Positions 1-11,018 of a DNA stretch of 64,000 nt are shown here, piece by piece (the stretch's first letter is position 1; each line of letters starts with the position of its first letter). The DNA comes from a virus (taxonomy: Duplodnaviria; Caudoviricetes): IMG/VR virus record IMGVR_UViG_3300010167_000013, one strand, 5' to 3'. A model generated the notes under the pieces. That model saw nothing but the letters and a program-made list of their open reading frames with translations. It searched no databases and was not told where the DNA came from. Position numbers and translations under genes: made by a program.

Positions 1-192
1 TCCAATCTTTCCAACACCGTAACTCCTCCCTCTAGAGATGTGTTTCCTCATCAGCTGTTAATTTAGGTAGATCAGTATGGCATCATCTAACCAGATATGA
101 TCTCCGCCTTGAAACCTGTATTAGTTACGAAGGTTCCGTGTACTTTCAATTGGATCGTGACTATACCTCCTATGGTATTTTTTTTGTTTTTA

Positions 193-522
193 TTACCAAA
201 TCCTATGACGTCTGCCGCCTTCGACTAACTCTCCTGCTTCCAAATACTCGCGTTCATGACGCTTGAGTTTCTCGATATCGAGTTCATAAGCATCATTGTA
301 GTAATGCTTTAAAATCCTCGGGGCTTCATAAAACACAACCACCTTATTGCCCCAGTCGTTATATTCCTCATGATTTGGAGTTAAAGCTTGTTCCGCCCAC
401 TTGACCGCGTCAGCCGATGGTACAATTCCGCCATCCGTATACTCTAACTTGATGTCCCCTTTTCTCAGGCGTGCTAATAATACTTTTCGCACTCTGTAGA
501 AGTCGCTTGCATTTTTTCTCAT
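193..522 (-). CDS. hypothetical phage protein
   Basis: 109 aa ORF with GGGAGG RBS and a promoter-motif variant (567-580) upstream; no recognisable family. Confidence 0.6.
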   Translation of the reverse strand: MRKNASDFYRVRKVLLARLRKGDIKLEYTDGGIVPSADAVKWAEQALTPNHEEYNDWGNKVVVFYEAPRILKHYYNDAYELDIEKLKRHEREYLEAGELVEGGRRHRIW

Positions 523-604
523 CTGATTATACCTCCCAGTATAATATTTTATTTTTGTTACATACTAAGAATATATACATATCACAGAAGGATATACGAT
601 TTAT

Positions 605-617
605 AATTATATATTAT
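605..617 (+). promoter_or_regulatory. phage promoter motif AATTATATATTAT
   Basis: matches the motif repeated upstream of many non-structural genes; lies 50 nt before the gene at 667. Confidence 0.6.
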
Positions 618-666
618 AAACAGTACCTAAGTAGTTCATTAGTTATCTCAAAAGGAGGAAGTATGC

Positions 667-1272
667 ATGATTGAAGTAACAAACCCTGGAGAAATGGATA
701 TGGCGGTCAAATATGCCACCTGCAAGATCCTGGATGTCATGGGTGATCTAGTTCCACGATTTGGTGTTGAGAAGGCAGTTTCAATGCTGGAAGAGGCAGT
801 GGCCGATATAATCGAGTATTATACCGTTGATTATGAAAAGGGTGATCATTGCTGCTGCAACGAAGAAGAGGAATGCTGTGATGTAGATGGGTGTGAGAAT
901 GCAAGTACCCCAGATGCTCCAACTATTCCCGTCGGCCCAACCAAGAAAAAGAAGAAGTCCAAGAAAGGAAAGTCGGTGAAGGGTGAGTTGAAAACATCTC
1001 TACTCAGTGCTTCGCCAACTACCGAACTTCGTTACTTCGAGAAGTACATGAAGAATCATCTTGATGCTCAGTTTGAAAAATCAATGAAGAAGATGCAGGA
1101 GAAGATCCTGAAGAAGGTGACAACAAGAACCATGGAATACATCAAGGGCAGGCAACTGGTGACTAATTTTAGGTTTGAGGAATACATGGAAGAGTTACTG
1201 GAACGCTTGGAGAGGAATAATCCTGGATGGGTAATACCCAAACACGAAGATATTCTTGATGTCATAGAGTGA
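667..1272 (+). CDS. hypothetical protein with an acidic Cys cluster and a Lys-rich tract
   Basis: AGGAGG RBS; HCCCNEEEECCDVDGC and KKKKKSKK segments; followed by a terminator. Confidence 0.7.
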   Translation: MIEVTNPGEMDMAVKYATCKILDVMGDLVPRFGVEKAVSMLEEAVADIIEYYTVDYEKGDHCCCNEEEECCDVDGCENASTPDAPTIPVGPTKKKKKSKKGKSVKGELKTSLLSASPTTELRYFEKYMKNHLDAQFEKSMKKMQEKILKKVTTRTMEYIKGRQLVTNFRFEEYMEELLERLERNNPGWVIPKHEDILDVIE

Positions 1273-1274
1273 TG

Positions 1275-1308
1275 AAAGTAGGAGGGATTCACTCCCTCCT
1301 ACTTTTTT
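1275..1308. terminator. bidirectional intrinsic terminator
   Basis: AAAGTAGGAGGGA-ttcac-TCCCTCCTACTTT plus T tract, between convergent genes. Confidence 0.8.
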
Positions 1309-1312
1309 GTTT

Positions 1313-4300
1313 TTAGTTCAAATCAAACACTGGATTGTTGCGAACAATCCTTCCTGTTCTTTTCTTCGAATTGATATTCACCGAATTGAAGTCATATATC
1401 TTGTACGCAGCTTCGTTACGAGTATGAACTAATTCTCCTAGCTCGTCATACAACCTGGCTGTTGTTCCGTACCATTCATCATCACTAATAACAACGTGTT
1501 CATGAATAGGAGAGTTTGGGTTATTGATCTCCTCGACCCACTCATCGTTCAAGAGATCTGCTATCTCATCATCCGTAATCGGTTTGAATCCGAACTGTTC
1601 GAATCTCATATTCGACCCACTGAGAGAAACTCCTTCCAGTGTAGGTATGTCAATCAGCATGAACTGATATGAAGAGCTATCAAGTCCAATTATTGGCATA
1701 TCTCCAGGAACATGTATTCTCTGGATGATGTCATCTTCTTCATCTACATTTGGAGGATAATCCTTGAATGACGGATGTGTTTGTTCTACCTGATTCCATA
1801 CGGGTGACAGTAGATATTCTTGTTCTTCCAGACTGTAGTTATCATCCGGAAGTGTTCCTTCAATTGCTTTGTCTAGATATGTTTCGTAATTCCAGTAGGC
1901 AAATGGTCTACCGTATGAACTGGATCTCATTTCCAAGAACATGTCACTGAAGAATTCATTTGGGTCTCTGTTGACTTCGATTATCTCAAAATTCCTCAGG
2001 GATTTTAGTCCATGTAAAATTATCTTTGATGGAGAAATAATTGTTACCTCATCATACAGTAGCCTTCCGTTCATCCAGAACTCGAAGTACTTCTTGTTCA
2101 GTGGCTTATTTATTTTTCCTTCCAGGTTGATATATCCATGGCTAGGAACCCTCCTCTGAACATACACCGACCGCATTGGGTATGGGACTGAATGTATCTC
2201 CAGATGTTCATACCTACGATATAGATTCATGAAGGTGACATCTGTTCCAGTAGATGTTTCCCTAGTATGAAATGATGGCATCCCAGTAGATGGGTTGATC
2301 AAAGGGAACCTTCCTCTGTCGGTGATGATGTACAGTCTTTCGTGATGAATGTTGTAATTCGGGATATGAAACTTCGGAGATAGTATCCAGTTTGGTTCGA
2401 TGAATGACCATGTCTGTGGGGTCTTACTTATTATGATATCATAGTCATATGGCCCATCTAGATCATACTGGACTATTACCTTGAACTCTTCCGGAACTGG
2501 AGCTAGCTCATTGGTTACATTGTGAATATAACCATCTCCGTATAATTCCTGCTCCTCTGTCTTGAACTCGATCAGTACAACACCCATTTGGAGTCGTGTC
2601 TGACTACTCTTCTGATATACTTGGAACTCTAGTGCTATGTTTTCTGTCGGAGGATTTGGACAGTGAACTGGAGTGAACGTGAGCATTGGTGCATATTCTC
2701 CAAGTTGTGCTGTCACAGTACCAAAAATATGAATACCAAATTCTTGGTTCCATCCCCAGACAGGTCCATCGGAGAAATCTTCTCCAGCTTTGGAAATAAT
2801 AGACTGGATCATTCTGGTGTTGGTTTCATATCCTCTGTTGAATGCTCTGTTATCCTTGAAACGAACCTCAAACATCTGCCTGTCAAGAATGTCTTCGAAC
2901 CTGTTGGCTGATCTGTTGAATATCTTGATGTCCTTCAGATGAATTTGATTTTTGTAGTGTTTGTAGTTGGCTAATTTGAAGTCCATTTCATATCCAAGTG
3001 GATCTCCTTCAGAAAATCCAATGGTGAAACTTTCCCTCTGTTCATACGGAAACAGCTTCCTAATCCTGATGCTCTTCCCTGTGTCAACAGGCATGTTTAT
3101 TGCACTAGTTTTTACTTCATCGATAATAGATGTGTAGATGTCCATGACAGCATTTCTCTTGAGGTCAACGGCTCTCATCTGGTTGGAGGGGAGTTTATTC
3201 CAATAGAACTTCATGTTGTATGCGTACAGTCCCTCTTCCAGGAAAGTCAATCTGAATCCCCAGTCTTCGTTATCAGGATCATCTCTTACTTCAAGCTTCC
3301 ATCTTTCCTCGTTGTGTAGGTCTTCCCATTTCATCAGTGTCCAATTGAACACAGATAGATCATCTACAGTCATCTCATGGATATACATGGTCTTATTTAC
3401 TTTCTCTGGAATATGTTCCCTGGGATATTTCCCATCGACTATTCCATCCTGAATCTCTGTGAACGATTTCGTTCTCCATGGGGCTGATGGATATTGTTGT
3501 TTGATGTTTGGGAAGTCTGGATACCAGTCTACGTTCATCCAATCAACATCGATATGATTCCACTTCAGATCAGCAACAATGGGAAGATTGTATACAAAGA
3601 ACCCAGCAACAACGAATGTGCGTATTCTGTAGATCATTCTGTGTCCATTGTTCGTCTCATCTGATTCTACAGCTACTCTCTTCCCAACAGAACCTTCTGG
3701 CCATTCGTTTCTATGCTTCGGTAGATCAGCAAATGTGGGTACTGTAAGATCGACCTTCAGAGTACCAAGCAGCTCTTCAATAGAATCAATCTGTTGTACC
3801 AATACTAGTTTGATATCAACGTCTTCTCCACTAGATATGATATCCTTGGATACTGTGAATTCTTTTACTTCCCAGCTTTCCTTGAGTTCAAATCCGGCAT
3901 TGTGAAAACGAAGATGTTCGAACAATTGATACTCTCCCCTAGATGCACCTGGAGGAAGTCTTAGTTCATCTTTGATGAATGGATGAGTTGGTGGAATTAG
4001 ATTCATCACCCTATTCCATCTGTCCTCACTCAGAGGATCTATTCCTCCCTGATACCAACCACCATCAGGATCTCCGATTGGAGGATCGATTATGTCAGGC
4101 ATTTTCACAGATGGGTACATGAATGTACTATTCCTGTCATCGCCATCTGACTCGTCAAATCGTTTTGAAATGAATTCTATTCCTGGGTACGAGAGTGTTG
4201 CATCCTTTTTTATTCCTTCTTCAGGGATCCTGTCGTAGTAGGAAATTGTGAACTCATCGTCTATGTTGTTCATGCTGTCTGTTATCACTTCACCGTTTAG

Positions 4301-7300
4301 TGTCTGAGGATCCTTCCGCTCAAATACTAATTTACCATCGGCCATATCTATGTACGATATTCCCTTGTATGGTTCGTACAGTAGAGCAGCTACCTTCAAT
4401 CTCAGGGCGAATTGAGTTGCATCAACAAATATATCCTGTCCAACAGAATACCCTGCTCCAGGATCTTTTATCACAATATCATCTATCCTGTACACAAAGT
4501 ATTGATCTGCTGGAATAAATATGGAAGAATTCTTGAGACCCAGTACATCGTTTGCATTGACGTAGACAACATCAATCTTTCCTGGATGTAGTATATTGTC
4601 ACTGTCCTCACGACGTTGATAACACTTGGTGACCTGTCTTCCTCCTATGAATACCTCATACGTCATGTTCAGGTCATGTATATTTTCAAACTTGAACATG
4701 AATAGATCATTATCATCTACTTGCTGGGTTGAATTGAGAGATGGATTTTCGGTGTTCAATATGCTACTATCCTTCAGTAACAGCTCAACACAGAATATGT
4801 CTACAGTCAGTCCACTTCCTATTCCGGTCCTTGTGATTGTTTTTCTTATTCCCCATATCGGATATGGAAGAGCATAATCCATCAATGGTTGTAGACCTAA
4901 TACATTTCCATCCTCTGTGGTTGTAACTTGGAATAATACTACATCATTGCGTATCACATCATCTAGTGCTGGGAACAACGACTCTTCATCTTCATTCACC
5001 GGTATTTCTGGTATTATCTCGATGATGTCTCCAGCCCTGTATCCTTTCCCTCTCAGTGCTGGGAGAACATTTCTGATTCGATACCAATGATCCTGAGGAA
5101 GATTACCAAGGTCAACAGATTCTATCTTGGTAATTGTTCCTGAGACAATTCCTTCAATCGGTATTACATGTGATGGTATACTCACGGTGATTGTATTTTT
5201 TATTTGCCCCAACCAAGCATCAAGACGAATAATCTCGTCACTCAGTTCATCTATCTTTTCACTTGGATCCCATCTTGGAAATACTTCCTTTTTGTAGATC
5301 CATATTGCTTCTCTAGAATCCTGAATCTTATCCAGAACTCTTGGTACATCCCTCCATGCGATTCCAATTCCCATGAACACCAGAAGCTCATCATAGATAG
5401 ATCTTACCTCATTATCATGGAGGAGAAAATCTTCATCAACTAGATCATTAGCATCTGCATATCGATATACATTGTGAATTAGTTTTTCAAAATCTCCTGC
5501 AAATTCCTGGAGATTAACCTTGTATCTGATATCGATGAATGTCTTACTCGGAGGAATTATTGTCTTGAGTAAGTTCAATACATCCGTCATGTAATTCTGA
5601 GTTCCAGATGTGACGTACTCAGAAAATACATCTACAATATCATTCCAATCCTTATCCACCTCATCTATGCTACTCAACAACAGATTGTATTCCGTGTTGT
5701 TGGATGGGTTGACTGTCAATACGAACTGGGTTATTCTGGATAAAATATTTCTTACTCTGACTATCAGTGGTAATATGATCGTATCATTGGATATTGCTTC
5801 TCTTGTTGAAGATATTGCTTTCACCATGAACCCAGAGCCAATACCACTGGATATACTATCGTACGGTCGAATCTGAGTGCATGGATCCCTGAAGTTGGTC
5901 TTCCGATAGTTGGTATCCTCTACCTCTTTGACCTTGAATGTTTCTCCCTCAGTGTCAACAACTTTGTATGATCCCAACTTCGGAATGAACACCACATCTC
6001 CAACTTCATGACGGAATCCACCATTGTAGATTTCTATCTCATCTATCTCAAAAACTTCCGAGTAACTAGGCCATCCACTATCTGGTACATATGGCTCATT
6101 GATAATATCCATGTATTCCAGTAGAGATAAAATTATTGCCAATCTATCTTCAAGTATAGTCAAGAAGGGACTTGGTACTTCTGTAGTATCCAGTAGTACT
6201 TCAAATACGTCTCCCTCATGTTCCACGAATGCATACCAGTCCCAGTAGATAGTATCTACGTTGTCCAGTGCCTCTTCTGCTTCCCACCTACGATTTTCAC
6301 CAGCGATATATGAGACAGCCTCAAGCATCTTCTCCAGATTCAAAACAAAATCAGATCCGAACACCTTCTCGGTATCACTGATATCAAACCCATCAAATGA
6401 ATTCAGTAATTCGATTATCTCGAATATGGTATCCTTGAGGTCGTTTCTCGCATCATAGTACGATTCGATGTGAATGTTGAAGCTATTGATCATGTCTTGA
6501 GCATTGTCAAATCTATCCACAATATCTTGAGTAGGAGTGATACTCCTATCCAACCAAAATAACTCAACGGCTGCTCTGAACTTACCAAGATCCACTTTGA
6601 CATTCTCAACTAGTTCTACGAAGAATTGCACCTCTTCATTCGAGTAGGTTTTCCTTGGATCAAAACTACTGTTCAATAGTGCTGATGAAACAAAGAATGC
6701 ATTTCTCTTCTCTTTGACATCTGTAGACCACGGATCAAGAAATTCATTGATCTCTCCAACAACACTGATGTCATCTGGATTAGTCTTCGAATGATCAAGG
6801 TATGAACGAAGATCGTTGACACAGAGCATGAATGCAGCCATGTCGAATCCTTCAACCCGTATCATCACCTCATTGATCTTGTCAGCCAATGTGCCCACTA
6901 TATCATTGATATCGGAGAGTAGATCTTTTTTCTCGTTGTACACATTCTTTTCTTCGATGTGTACTCTCACTTCTGAAATTATAATTTTTACCTCATCAAG
7001 AATACCCTTGTGTCTGAGAAGTCCAGCAGCAATCCAGTTGATATCCTCGATGGAGTAGACATACATATTTAGGTTGTTGATAAAGTCCATTATCTCTTCC
7101 ATGTTACTAAGGAGCTTCTGGATAATGTCCCTCAGACCTTCGATTTGATCAATGTCCAGATTGTAATGTTCGATCGACAGTTGATCGAGTACCCAGGCAA
7201 TATTTGTGAAAATATCCATGGTTACATCAATTATCTCTGTCTGTATCTCTAGGATGATTGGACTGATCCTTCTCATGTCAAATGTACTTGGAGGCCTCTT

Positions 7301-9538
7301 GAGTAATCTTGATTCATATTCCCAGTCATCCATGATTCTGATGATGTAATCGAAGTAGGATGGTATCCAGTGTTTATTCAGGTAGACCTCAAAATTTGTG
7401 ATTCTTTTGAAGTCATTCCAATTGAGCTCAATGGATTCCTTCATTTTAGATACTGCATCATCGAATGGGAATTCAAAATTAGAACTCTTCAGATATGCAG
7501 CCAATCCTAACTTGAAGTATGGATCCATCGTCTGTAGAAACAAATCATTGAATCGCTGATACGATGGGTTGTTGATGATGTACTCGATTACTTCCCATCT
7601 TTGTTGGGTCATTAGTAGTCCTTTGTAGATAGAACGTATTCCCATCCAGTAGAACTTCTCCATGAATATATCCCTGTAGACTGCGGATGGTTCATGGTGA
7701 AACTCAAGAACATCTTCATTCCAGGTAGAGGTCGGTCTACTGATATCTCTCGATTCATCTAGTACATTCATTGTGTCGGAATAAAAAAAGAATGCCTTGA
7801 ACACACGATTGTGTACTGGGGATATTCCGTCTAGCAGATATACATCAGGAAACTGATGATGCACTTGAACCGGAGAGGGTCTCCATACCTTGTCATTGAC
7901 ATTGTACTCAAATATCCAGAAATCATTCTCCTCAACAGGTCTCTGAAATCTGACTTTGCCAATTAACTCCTTGGGGTCCTTCCAGATGTGTCTGTTGTAG
8001 ATTCCCCTCAGTATCTCAACAATGTAATATTTGTCAACTAGTTCAGTTGGTATTGTGATCAGAGTTGAAGACATCTGCCAGAAGTTCATATCCCATGCAC
8101 TTGTTGGATGGAACCAGACACTCAAGTCTCCATTGATTCTGATATCCTCAACAGCTGGCATGAATTGATTATCAAAGATAGCGTTGTAGATGAAATCATG
8201 ATCTGCTCTTCTTTTCTCGTAGAATTTATTCTGGGTATCTCTGATTGAAGTTATTTTCTTCACTAGATCATTGAGCTGTTCGTTCAGACCATCATCATCC
8301 ACATCTTGGTATTTCAGATACATTCCAAACTCATCTATCTGTTTGGCTCCCTCGACAATCACATCTCGTAGGTTTCTAACTTCTTCCACTAGAGAATCAA
8401 ATGGTTCAACTAGCGGATTCTCATACGCATCCGACAGAACTATCGGTCGAATCATCTGTTGCCAACCGTCGAATGAAGATAGTATATTTCCCTTGATATC
8501 TACGTAGACTTGTTTGTCTTCATCTGTATTGGTCATAACCTTCTTCACCGCAACAGATTTCGATACCAGGACCGGTCGTATTCCTGGTTCATATGAGCGA
8601 TGTATCACATCAACTGGAAGCATTATCGGGTACTCATGGAAAAACTTCGGTACAACTATCGACATCCACAACCATTCTGATAGCTCAGACATGATGTATG
8701 TTTTGTTGATGTTGCTGATATTATTGAGATCAATATACCCATCTACCACATCAACAAACTCTAGATTGTCTCCCAATACTTCAATTCTAGTCTGTCCATC
8801 TTTTCTGTATTCGGGATCACTGATCTTGTTGAATGTCAACATTACCTTGGAGCTATTCATGATTCTCTTGTCACTGATGTATCCCACTGGTACTTTCCAA
8901 TTCCATTGGTTCTCACATAGTTCTCTACTGATGAGAGCACGATATTGAAAGTTGGTATCAAACTTGTAGATGTACACTGGGTAGTTTTTCAGCACCCAGT
9001 AATCATTGTACTGAAACTTCAGTGTAATCTCTTGCTCATCAATGAATATTTTGTACTCGGAGTATATCTTCTGATTGATGAACAACATCAGATGCCATCC
9101 GAAGATATCCCAGTTATTCAGGATATCTTCAACCCTAATCCATGTGCGATAGAACTGAGATAGTTTGAATCGATCTCTCTCGTTGGGATGTATCCAGGTA
9201 TTCCATGGGATTCTGTATTCACAGAGATTGGTGCTTGGAATGTATGTCATGTCAGACATACTACACTCATGCTTGAAGAAGTTGGTGTTGTCATGGTTGC
9301 TTGCTACTAGTTTATGTGATGAATTCAGATAGATATCAGTCAATGATTCTCTTAGTACTTGTTCATCGAATGAATTATTCAGCACAGCATTGTTTCTGAA
9401 GACAGATGATCTGGACCCATCTGAGTCAGGAATGTGGTACCCTTGTTCTATGACATCATTATGATTGGATATCATATCTGCTGTACTGAGGTACTCGTCG
9501 AAAGCATCCCGATACCATTGAGGATTGTAGCTGCCCAT
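1313..9538 (-). CDS. very large jumbo-phage virion structural protein (baseplate/tail associated)
   Basis: 2741 aa; central helical region; recurring G-x-G-Y/F-x-x-G-D beta motifs (GGFRHEVGD, GKGYRAGD, GAGYSVGQD) typical of tail/baseplate proteins; function inferred. Confidence 0.55.
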   Translation of the reverse strand: MGSYNPQWYRDAFDEYLSTADMISNHNDVIEQGYHIPDSDGSRSSVFRNNAVLNNSFDEQVLRESLTDIYLNSSHKLVASNHDNTNFFKHECSMSDMTYIPSTNLCEYRIPWNTWIHPNERDRFKLSQFYRTWIRVEDILNNWDIFGWHLMLFINQKIYSEYKIFIDEQEITLKFQYNDYWVLKNYPVYIYKFDTNFQYRALISRELCENQWNWKVPVGYISDKRIMNSSKVMLTFNKISDPEYRKDGQTRIEVLGDNLEFVDVVDGYIDLNNISNINKTYIMSELSEWLWMSIVVPKFFHEYPIMLPVDVIHRSYEPGIRPVLVSKSVAVKKVMTNTDEDKQVYVDIKGNILSSFDGWQQMIRPIVLSDAYENPLVEPFDSLVEEVRNLRDVIVEGAKQIDEFGMYLKYQDVDDDGLNEQLNDLVKKITSIRDTQNKFYEKRRADHDFIYNAIFDNQFMPAVEDIRINGDLSVWFHPTSAWDMNFWQMSSTLITIPTELVDKYYIVEILRGIYNRHIWKDPKELIGKVRFQRPVEENDFWIFEYNVNDKVWRPSPVQVHHQFPDVYLLDGISPVHNRVFKAFFFYSDTMNVLDESRDISRPTSTWNEDVLEFHHEPSAVYRDIFMEKFYWMGIRSIYKGLLMTQQRWEVIEYIINNPSYQRFNDLFLQTMDPYFKLGLAAYLKSSNFEFPFDDAVSKMKESIELNWNDFKRITNFEVYLNKHWIPSYFDYIIRIMDDWEYESRLLKRPPSTFDMRRISPIILEIQTEIIDVTMDIFTNIAWVLDQLSIEHYNLDIDQIEGLRDIIQKLLSNMEEIMDFINNLNMYVYSIEDINWIAAGLLRHKGILDEVKIIISEVRVHIEEKNVYNEKKDLLSDINDIVGTLADKINEVMIRVEGFDMAAFMLCVNDLRSYLDHSKTNPDDISVVGEINEFLDPWSTDVKEKRNAFFVSSALLNSSFDPRKTYSNEEVQFFVELVENVKVDLGKFRAAVELFWLDRSITPTQDIVDRFDNAQDMINSFNIHIESYYDARNDLKDTIFEIIELLNSFDGFDISDTEKVFGSDFVLNLEKMLEAVSYIAGENRRWEAEEALDNVDTIYWDWYAFVEHEGDVFEVLLDTTEVPSPFLTILEDRLAIILSLLEYMDIINEPYVPDSGWPSYSEVFEIDEIEIYNGGFRHEVGDVVFIPKLGSYKVVDTEGETFKVKEVEDTNYRKTNFRDPCTQIRPYDSISSGIGSGFMVKAISSTREAISNDTIILPLIVRVRNILSRITQFVLTVNPSNNTEYNLLLSSIDEVDKDWNDIVDVFSEYVTSGTQNYMTDVLNLLKTIIPPSKTFIDIRYKVNLQEFAGDFEKLIHNVYRYADANDLVDEDFLLHDNEVRSIYDELLVFMGIGIAWRDVPRVLDKIQDSREAIWIYKKEVFPRWDPSEKIDELSDEIIRLDAWLGQIKNTITVSIPSHVIPIEGIVSGTITKIESVDLGNLPQDHWYRIRNVLPALRGKGYRAGDIIEIIPEIPVNEDEESLFPALDDVIRNDVVLFQVTTTEDGNVLGLQPLMDYALPYPIWGIRKTITRTGIGSGLTVDIFCVELLLKDSSILNTENPSLNSTQQVDDNDLFMFKFENIHDLNMTYEVFIGGRQVTKCYQRREDSDNILHPGKIDVVYVNANDVLGLKNSSIFIPADQYFVYRIDDIVIKDPGAGYSVGQDIFVDATQFALRLKVAALLYEPYKGISYIDMADGKLVFERKDPQTLNGEVITDSMNNIDDEFTISYYDRIPEEGIKKDATLSYPGIEFISKRFDESDGDDRNSTFMYPSVKMPDIIDPPIGDPDGGWYQGGIDPLSEDRWNRVMNLIPPTHPFIKDELRLPPGASRGEYQLFEHLRFHNAGFELKESWEVKEFTVSKDIISSGEDVDIKLVLVQQIDSIEELLGTLKVDLTVPTFADLPKHRNEWPEGSVGKRVAVESDETNNGHRMIYRIRTFVVAGFFVYNLPIVADLKWNHIDVDWMNVDWYPDFPNIKQQYPSAPWRTKSFTEIQDGIVDGKYPREHIPEKVNKTMYIHEMTVDDLSVFNWTLMKWEDLHNEERWKLEVRDDPDNEDWGFRLTFLEEGLYAYNMKFYWNKLPSNQMRAVDLKRNAVMDIYTSIIDEVKTSAINMPVDTGKSIRIRKLFPYEQRESFTIGFSEGDPLGYEMDFKLANYKHYKNQIHLKDIKIFNRSANRFEDILDRQMFEVRFKDNRAFNRGYETNTRMIQSIISKAGEDFSDGPVWGWNQEFGIHIFGTVTAQLGEYAPMLTFTPVHCPNPPTENIALEFQVYQKSSQTRLQMGVVLIEFKTEEQELYGDGYIHNVTNELAPVPEEFKVIVQYDLDGPYDYDIIISKTPQTWSFIEPNWILSPKFHIPNYNIHHERLYIITDRGRFPLINPSTGMPSFHTRETSTGTDVTFMNLYRRYEHLEIHSVPYPMRSVYVQRRVPSHGYINLEGKINKPLNKKYFEFWMNGRLLYDEVTIISPSKIILHGLKSLRNFEIIEVNRDPNEFFSDMFLEMRSSSYGRPFAYWNYETYLDKAIEGTLPDDNYSLEEQEYLLSPVWNQVEQTHPSFKDYPPNVDEEDDIIQRIHVPGDMPIIGLDSSSYQFMLIDIPTLEGVSLSGSNMRFEQFGFKPITDDEIADLLNDEWVEEINNPNSPIHEHVVISDDEWYGTTARLYDELGELVHTRNEAAYKIYDFNSVNINSKKRTGRIVRNNPVFDLN

Positions 9539-9650
9539 TAGTATCTCCCCTTGTCATATAATGGTTTAATAGTGGGTCAAGAGTATGATATATGATACTG
9601 ACCAAATTTTAACAATATTACAGACTTTGTCCACAAGGAGGATATGAATA

Positions 9651-10805
9651 ATGAGCCCCCAAGATGCTATCGAAATGAAAAATACAATTACATTTCTCAT
9701 GGAGTCTATTGATATCATGACCAAGGATATCAATTCATTGAAGTTAGATCAACAGAGAACCCTGAGAGCTAACACTGTGATACCACCTGGTGTAACCTGC
9801 AAGGTTGCATATGATTCGAGTGGATTGGTCATCAAGTCACTTGAGCTAGAAGACGAAGACATTCCCCAGTTGTCGATTGACAAGATATCTGGATTGAGAA
9901 ATATATTGAATTCACAACAGGTTGAAACCAAACCCAAGAAAGATGAAGTAGTACCCAAGAGAACAATAAAAGCTGGTACCGGAACCAAAGTGAACTATGA
10001 TGAAAATGGATTGGTCACATCATCCACGGATCTAACTCAGGATGATATTCCAAGTCTTGCAATTGAGAAGATCACCGGACTGAAAGACCTACTGTCTACA
10101 CTGGAGCTGCAAGAACAGGTAGCTCCTCCGACTAAAACCAAGATCAATCCTGGAACATTCCCCAAGATAACATTTGACTCAGATGGTAGAGTAGTGGTTG
10201 GTTCCAAGTTATCCATCGATGATATCCCAGGAGATATCATCAACAGAATCAATCTACTCGAGAGTAGATTGACATCATTTGCATCCAGGGAATCCGTCAA
10301 TAATCTACTCAAAATAACCGACAACAAATTGAATTGCAATCCATCCATCAATGCAGGTACATTTACCAAGGTAATAGTAGATCAGAATGGACTAGTGATT
10401 TCTGGAACAGATCTAACCATCCATGACCTTCCTGAGATAAACATTCATGATATCCCGGAATTAGCTTCTATTCTGAAGAAGAAAGCTGACCAATCAGATG
10501 TGATCGAACTGAACAACCAGCTGTCACTGATGAGCAATTCGAATCAACTGGTTGAAATGAACAAGATTAAGACCAAGTTAGATACCAAGGCTGACGAGGT
10601 TGAGGTGAAAAATTTATCCAATCAGGTCAGAGAGTTCAAGAAGGATGTTGATAATTTATCTCAGAAATTACCGAGTGAACATCTACCAATAGAGATAAAA
10701 CAGCTGTGGAGTATAATTACAACACTCACTGGTAGAATATCTGTACTGGAAGAAAAAATGAATATCCAATCTAACTTCAGTAGAACAGTAGAAGAGAAGG
10801 ATTAA
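9651..10805 (+). CDS. tail-fibre-repeat protein
   Basis: four copies of G-T-x-x-K-V-x-x-D-x-x-G-L/R-V-x5-L-x3-D-I/L-P, the phage tail-fibre repeat, followed by a coiled coil. Confidence 0.6.
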   Translation: MSPQDAIEMKNTITFLMESIDIMTKDINSLKLDQQRTLRANTVIPPGVTCKVAYDSSGLVIKSLELEDEDIPQLSIDKISGLRNILNSQQVETKPKKDEVVPKRTIKAGTGTKVNYDENGLVTSSTDLTQDDIPSLAIEKITGLKDLLSTLELQEQVAPPTKTKINPGTFPKITFDSDGRVVVGSKLSIDDIPGDIINRINLLESRLTSFASRESVNNLLKITDNKLNCNPSINAGTFTKVIVDQNGLVISGTDLTIHDLPEINIHDIPELASILKKKADQSDVIELNNQLSLMSNSNQLVEMNKIKTKLDTKADEVEVKNLSNQVREFKKDVDNLSQKLPSEHLPIEIKQLWSIITTLTGRISVLEEKMNIQSNFSRTVEEKD

Positions 10806-10817
10806 TCCTTCTCTTCT
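10790..10817. terminator. perfect 28 bp palindrome / terminator
   Basis: AGAAGAGAAGGATTAATCCTTCTCTTCT overlapping the stop of 9651-10805. Confidence 0.7.
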
Positions 10818-10925
10818 CTTCTGTCGAAATTTGGAAAGATCCCGAGAATCATATTACGTAGTAGTACAAAGTACAGCTACGTAAGGTAGTTGCTACCGCA
10901 ACGGAGTATTACGTACTACGTACGT
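10818..10925 (-). ncRNA. candidate small structured RNA or origin-like element
   Basis: no ORF or RBS; promoter motif at 10926-10936 points into it and a terminator follows; three hairpins and five TACGTA copies. Confidence 0.4.
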
Positions 10926-10992
10926 AATATATAATTTCAAAAAGGACCACTTGTATTAGTGAGGATTTACCGAGAGCTAGCATGTAAAAATC

Positions 10993-11018
10993 AAAAAAGA
11001 GGAATGGTCCTCTTTTTT
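10993..11018 (-). terminator. intrinsic terminator of the tubulin-AAA operon
   Basis: AAAAAAGAGGA-atgg-TCCTCTTTTTT at the stop of the AAA gene. Confidence 0.7.

Noticed and set aside
1-170. Possible small gene or pseudogene at the window start
   Set aside because: RBS-like sites are present, but only very short frames; cannot be supported without flanking sequence
1768-9163. Many short ORFs antisense to the 2741 aa gene, and similar shadow ORFs elsewhere (e.g. 57595-58173, 21549-22034)
   Set aside because: No RBS, unusual composition, and fully nested opposite strong genes
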